Origin: an uncultured delta proteobacterium
Lineage (GTDB): Bacteria > Myxococcota_A > Polyangia > Fen-1088
DNA: 64,000 nucleotides
Assembly (NCBI GenBank): GCA_963755125.1
Contig: CAVWIP010000018.1
Location: 32,001 to 96,000 of the forward strand
Reading direction: 5' to 3'
A program made the translations under genes and the position numbers. The notes below the pieces were generated by a model that was given only the letters and a program-made list of their open reading frames with translations, did not search any database and was not told where the DNA came from. Shown here piece after piece: positions 61,459-64,000 of this stretch (its first letter is position 1; the number at the start of each line of letters is the position of its first letter).

Positions 61459-62672
61459 GGCGACACCACCTCGAAGTACACCTCGTCGAGACGCTCCGCC
61501 ACGCCGGCGCTGCCGAAACCGATCCGCACCGCCGGCTGCGCCTGGCAGGCCACGCCCCGCCAGCGCCCCTGCCCGTCCAGGATCTCGCCCAGCGCCCGGG
61601 CCAACGCCGGCGCGTCACCCACTGGCACCACTCGGCCCCCGGTCACCTTGGTGATGGTCTCGCCGCTGCCGCAATCATTGCCCACCACCACCGGTGTTCC
61701 ACAGAGAAGCGCCTCCAGCGGCACCAGGCCCAGGACCTCGTCCTCGGAAGCATAGGCCACCACGTCGGCATCAGCCAAGGCGGCCAGCCGTGCCTGTCCT
61801 GCCAGCGTGTCCAGAAAAGTCACCGTCTCGCTCAGGTGGAGCCGCCGTACAAGCTCGCGCAGCTCGGGACCGCTGCCCATGTCCGGCCCCACGATCACCA
61901 GCCGAGCCTCGGGCCGTGCCAGTGTCGCGAAGGCGTGGATGAGCACATCGACCCGTTTCCGCGGAATGAGCTGTCCCAGGTACACCACCAGCGGCTCGTC
62001 GCGCATGCCCAGCCGCGCGCGCAACTGGCCGCGCGGTATCAGGTCAAGCTCGTCCAGATCCAGCGCAGAGGGAACAGTGCGGATGCGCTCGGCGGGCGTT
62101 CCCAGCTCGATCAATTGGCGTTGCTCGGCATCGCTGATCGCGATCCAGCGCGCGGCATTCTCGAACACGCCCAGGCCCAGGCTGTGATCGAATACCCACT
62201 TGGCCAGGCGCCGACGCTCGATGAGCGGCGCCGTCCCGTGCGTCTGCAAGACGTACGGCACACCGGCCCGCAGGCAGGCATGCGCGGCCAGAGAAGTGGG
62301 CAGGTTGTGGACCGCGTGCAGGTGGGCCACATCGAATCGCCCCATCTCGTCGCGCAGAAAACTGTGCAGACCCACCGGCAGCAGGAACTGCAGGCGGTGG
62401 ACCAGACGGTTGGAGAGGTTTCCGAAGACGCGCACCTCGGGCCCCTGCAACTCGTGCGTCGCTCGCCGCGCGCCGCGCACCGGGTCCCCCGCCGCGACAG
62501 GCAGACGGCTCACCGCCGAGCACGCGTCGGTGGTCGCCACCGTGACCTGGTGGCCGCGGCGGCTCTGGGCGCGCGCCAGGGCCGCCACCGCACGCGGGAT
62601 GCCGCCATAGGCCCAGGCGTCGCCGTAAAACGGCGTGACGTGCAGAAGGCGGAGGGCGCGTCGCGTACCCAT
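61455..62672 (-). CDS. GT4 glycosyltransferase
   Basis: YGGIPR, RKRVD, EVLGLVPLEALLCGTPVV. Confidence 0.88.
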   Translation of the reverse strand: MGTRRALRLLHVTPFYGDAWAYGGIPRAVAALARAQSRRGHQVTVATTDACSAVSRLPVAAGDPVRGARRATHELQGPEVRVFGNLSNRLVHRLQFLLPVGLHSFLRDEMGRFDVAHLHAVHNLPTSLAAHACLRAGVPYVLQTHGTAPLIERRRLAKWVFDHSLGLGVFENAARWIAISDAEQRQLIELGTPAERIRTVPSALDLDELDLIPRGQLRARLGMRDEPLVVYLGQLIPRKRVDVLIHAFATLARPEARLVIVGPDMGSGPELRELVRRLHLSETVTFLDTLAGQARLAALADADVVAYASEDEVLGLVPLEALLCGTPVVVGNDCGSGETITKVTGGRVVPVGDAPALARALGEILDGQGRWRGVACQAQPAVRIGFGSAGVAERLDEVYFEVVSP

Positions 62673-62674
62673 TT

Positions 62675-63121
62675 TCAGCGTCTTGCCCCGTCGGGGCGGG
62701 TGGGGTGGACAGCCATTTCAAATGCCTGGCCGCTAGCCAAGCGGACCGCGGTGAAGTGGCGGAGGTCCCGCGTGGCCAATCTGGACACGCCCACTTCTTC
62801 CGCAAAGGCGACGATCGACGCATCCACCAAGCCCAGGCCGAGCTCGGCGTAGCGGCGGTCAATTTCCATGGCCCGGCAGATGTGCCAGGCCGACGGTGAC
62901 ACATAGGTGAAGGCGCCCCGGCGCATGTCGTCGACGAAGCCCGCCATGGCTTTTCTCTGGTGGCGGAGGAAGTAGTCCAGTTCGACCAGGACCAGGCCAG
63001 GCACGTAGCGCGTTCCGGAGTCGTCAATCGCCTGGCGAAAAGCCGCGTGGTCGGGCGCTGACCGGGACAGGTAGTCGAGTAGCGCGCCCGTATCACAAAT
63101 CAGCGCGGACGCGGGCATCAA
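62675..63121 (-). CDS. vapC: PIN-domain VapC toxin
   Basis: ICDTGAL, LVELDY, LGLVDASIVA, ATRDLRHF. Confidence 0.88.
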   Translation of the reverse strand: MMPASALICDTGALLDYLSRSAPDHAAFRQAIDDSGTRYVPGLVLVELDYFLRHQRKAMAGFVDDMRRGAFTYVSPSAWHICRAMEIDRRYAELGLGLVDASIVAFAEEVGVSRLATRDLRHFTAVRLASGQAFEMAVHPTRPDGARR

Positions 63122-63351
63122 CGCCGCTCACGAAAAAGCTCGGCTTCGTCTCCTCGCTCGGCCAACGGAGATTTGATGACGCCGGCAGAGCGCGGCTTCG
63201 GGTGGGGTCGATACTGTTCGAGGACGATGTCCAGTTGGCGTCGGATGAACTCGGAACGGGACACCCCGGTGCTCCGCGCAGCCCGCGTCAACAACCGATC
63301 GGCGGTGGGTTCCAATGCGATGGTCGTAGCCTTCTTTTGGGCGAGTGCCAT
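63118..63351 (-). CDS. CopG/ribbon-helix-helix antitoxin
   Basis: TTIALEP...AARSTGVSRSEFIRRQL; 4-bp overlap with the PIN gene. Confidence 0.8.
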   Translation of the reverse strand: MALAQKKATTIALEPTADRLLTRAARSTGVSRSEFIRRQLDIVLEQYRPHPKPRSAGVIKSPLAERGDEAELFRERR

Positions 63352-63433
63352 GAGAGTCATGTTACCACAGGGCAGCCCGCCGGGGCACCTGCCGCAATAC
63401 CGGCCGTAGCGTCGCAATGGCCGCTCGAAGCCA

Positions 63434-63509
63434 TGGTCGTGGCCGGAGCGATCGTTGTCGGCCACGGTTACGTCCCACGTCTACGGCCACGGCCACGTCT
63501 ACAACCTCC
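63434..63509. repeat. Hexamer-based REP-like element, copy B
   Basis: TGGTCGTGGCC...GGCCACG...CACGTCTACGGCCACGGCCACGTCTACAACCTCC, similar to 56213-56288. Confidence 0.65.
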
Positions 63510-63574
63510 TGCCGCAATCGCGGGACTGTGGTATTTGACGGGCTTCCGCCCAGCCCACACACTGGGCGTTGCCC

Positions 63575-64000
63575 ATGAGATCCCGCCGAAAACGTGGCGC
63601 GGGCCGCCCTGCCGCAAAATCCGTTGTCACGCCTGCGCCGCGCTTCCCCTGGCTGCTGTGCGGACTGGCAGTGTTGCTGGCTGCGCTGCCCTACCTGGGC
63701 TCGCTGGGCAATGCCTTCGCCTACGACGATCTGGCGACCATCGTGGGCAACACATCCATCCGTCACCCGGTGGCCTGGCGTTCCGTGTTCGCCTACGCCC
63801 TGTTCCGGCCGGCAGTCAATGCGTCGTATGCGATCGATTCGTTCTTCTGGGGCCTGGACCCGTTTGGTTTTCACCTGACCAACCTGCTGCTGCACGCCGC
63901 GAACACGGGCCTGCTGTTCCTGCTGGCCTGGTGTGCGGTTCGCGACGGAGCCAAGGCGCGCGCCAGCGACCCGCAGCCGCGCTGGGCTGCGCTGCCCGCG
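63575..64000 (+). CDS. TMTC-like GT-C protein O-mannosyltransferase, truncated by the right edge
   Basis: Manual translation: ...YLGSLGNAFAYDDLATIVGN...FRPAVNASYAID...FHLTNLLLHAAN. Confidence 0.75.
   Translation, partial: MRSRRKRGAGRPAAKSVVTPAPRFPWLLCGLAVLLAALPYLGSLGNAFAYDDLATIVGNTSIRHPVAWRSVFAYALFRPAVNASYAIDSFFWGLDPFGFHLTNLLLHAANTGLLFLLAWCAVRDGAKARASDPQPRWAALPA

Overview
High-GC bacterial DNA. The gene content (Hanks kinases, an FHA-domain sigma54 activator, Gly-rich lipoproteins) suggests Myxococcota/Polyangia; this is an inference. There are four blocks. (1) 1-3.1 kb: a U32-family gene cut by the left edge and a DUF4015-like glycoside hydrolase. (2) 3.3-27 kb, accessory signalling region: three mosaic paralogues of a Ser/Thr kinase-cyclase-like-STAND ATPase-TPR protein (the middle one has an in-frame TAG), an FHA-sigma54 activator, a 59-aa ORF bracketed by identical palindromes, a LuxR/subtilase/Kelch-lipoprotein islet, a radical SAM gene and a Phd-VapC pair. 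It also holds an unannotated 22-aa peptide gene (MKKTSGIKVKSRVRSGGGNWPK) with its own RBS, a terminator-like hairpin and an upstream array of GTCA-N6-TGAC palindromes. (3) 27-49 kb, central and anaerobic metabolism: sdhCAB, 2-oxoacid:ferredoxin oxidoreductase, a GNAT, rrf2-sucCD, an HdrD-like/HdrA/MvhD/Flx-like electron-bifurcation operon, a FucP-type transporter and marR-leuCD. (4) 49-64 kb: glycosylation genes, MscS-cNMP, an NtrC-type regulator and a second TA pair. A small two-hairpin repeat occurs three times, twice translated in frame inside metabolic proteins. No rRNA, tRNA or CRISPR array was recognised. The best candidate for a new system is the peptide, operator array, kinase-STAND-TPR genes and radical SAM at 15.3-25.9 kb.
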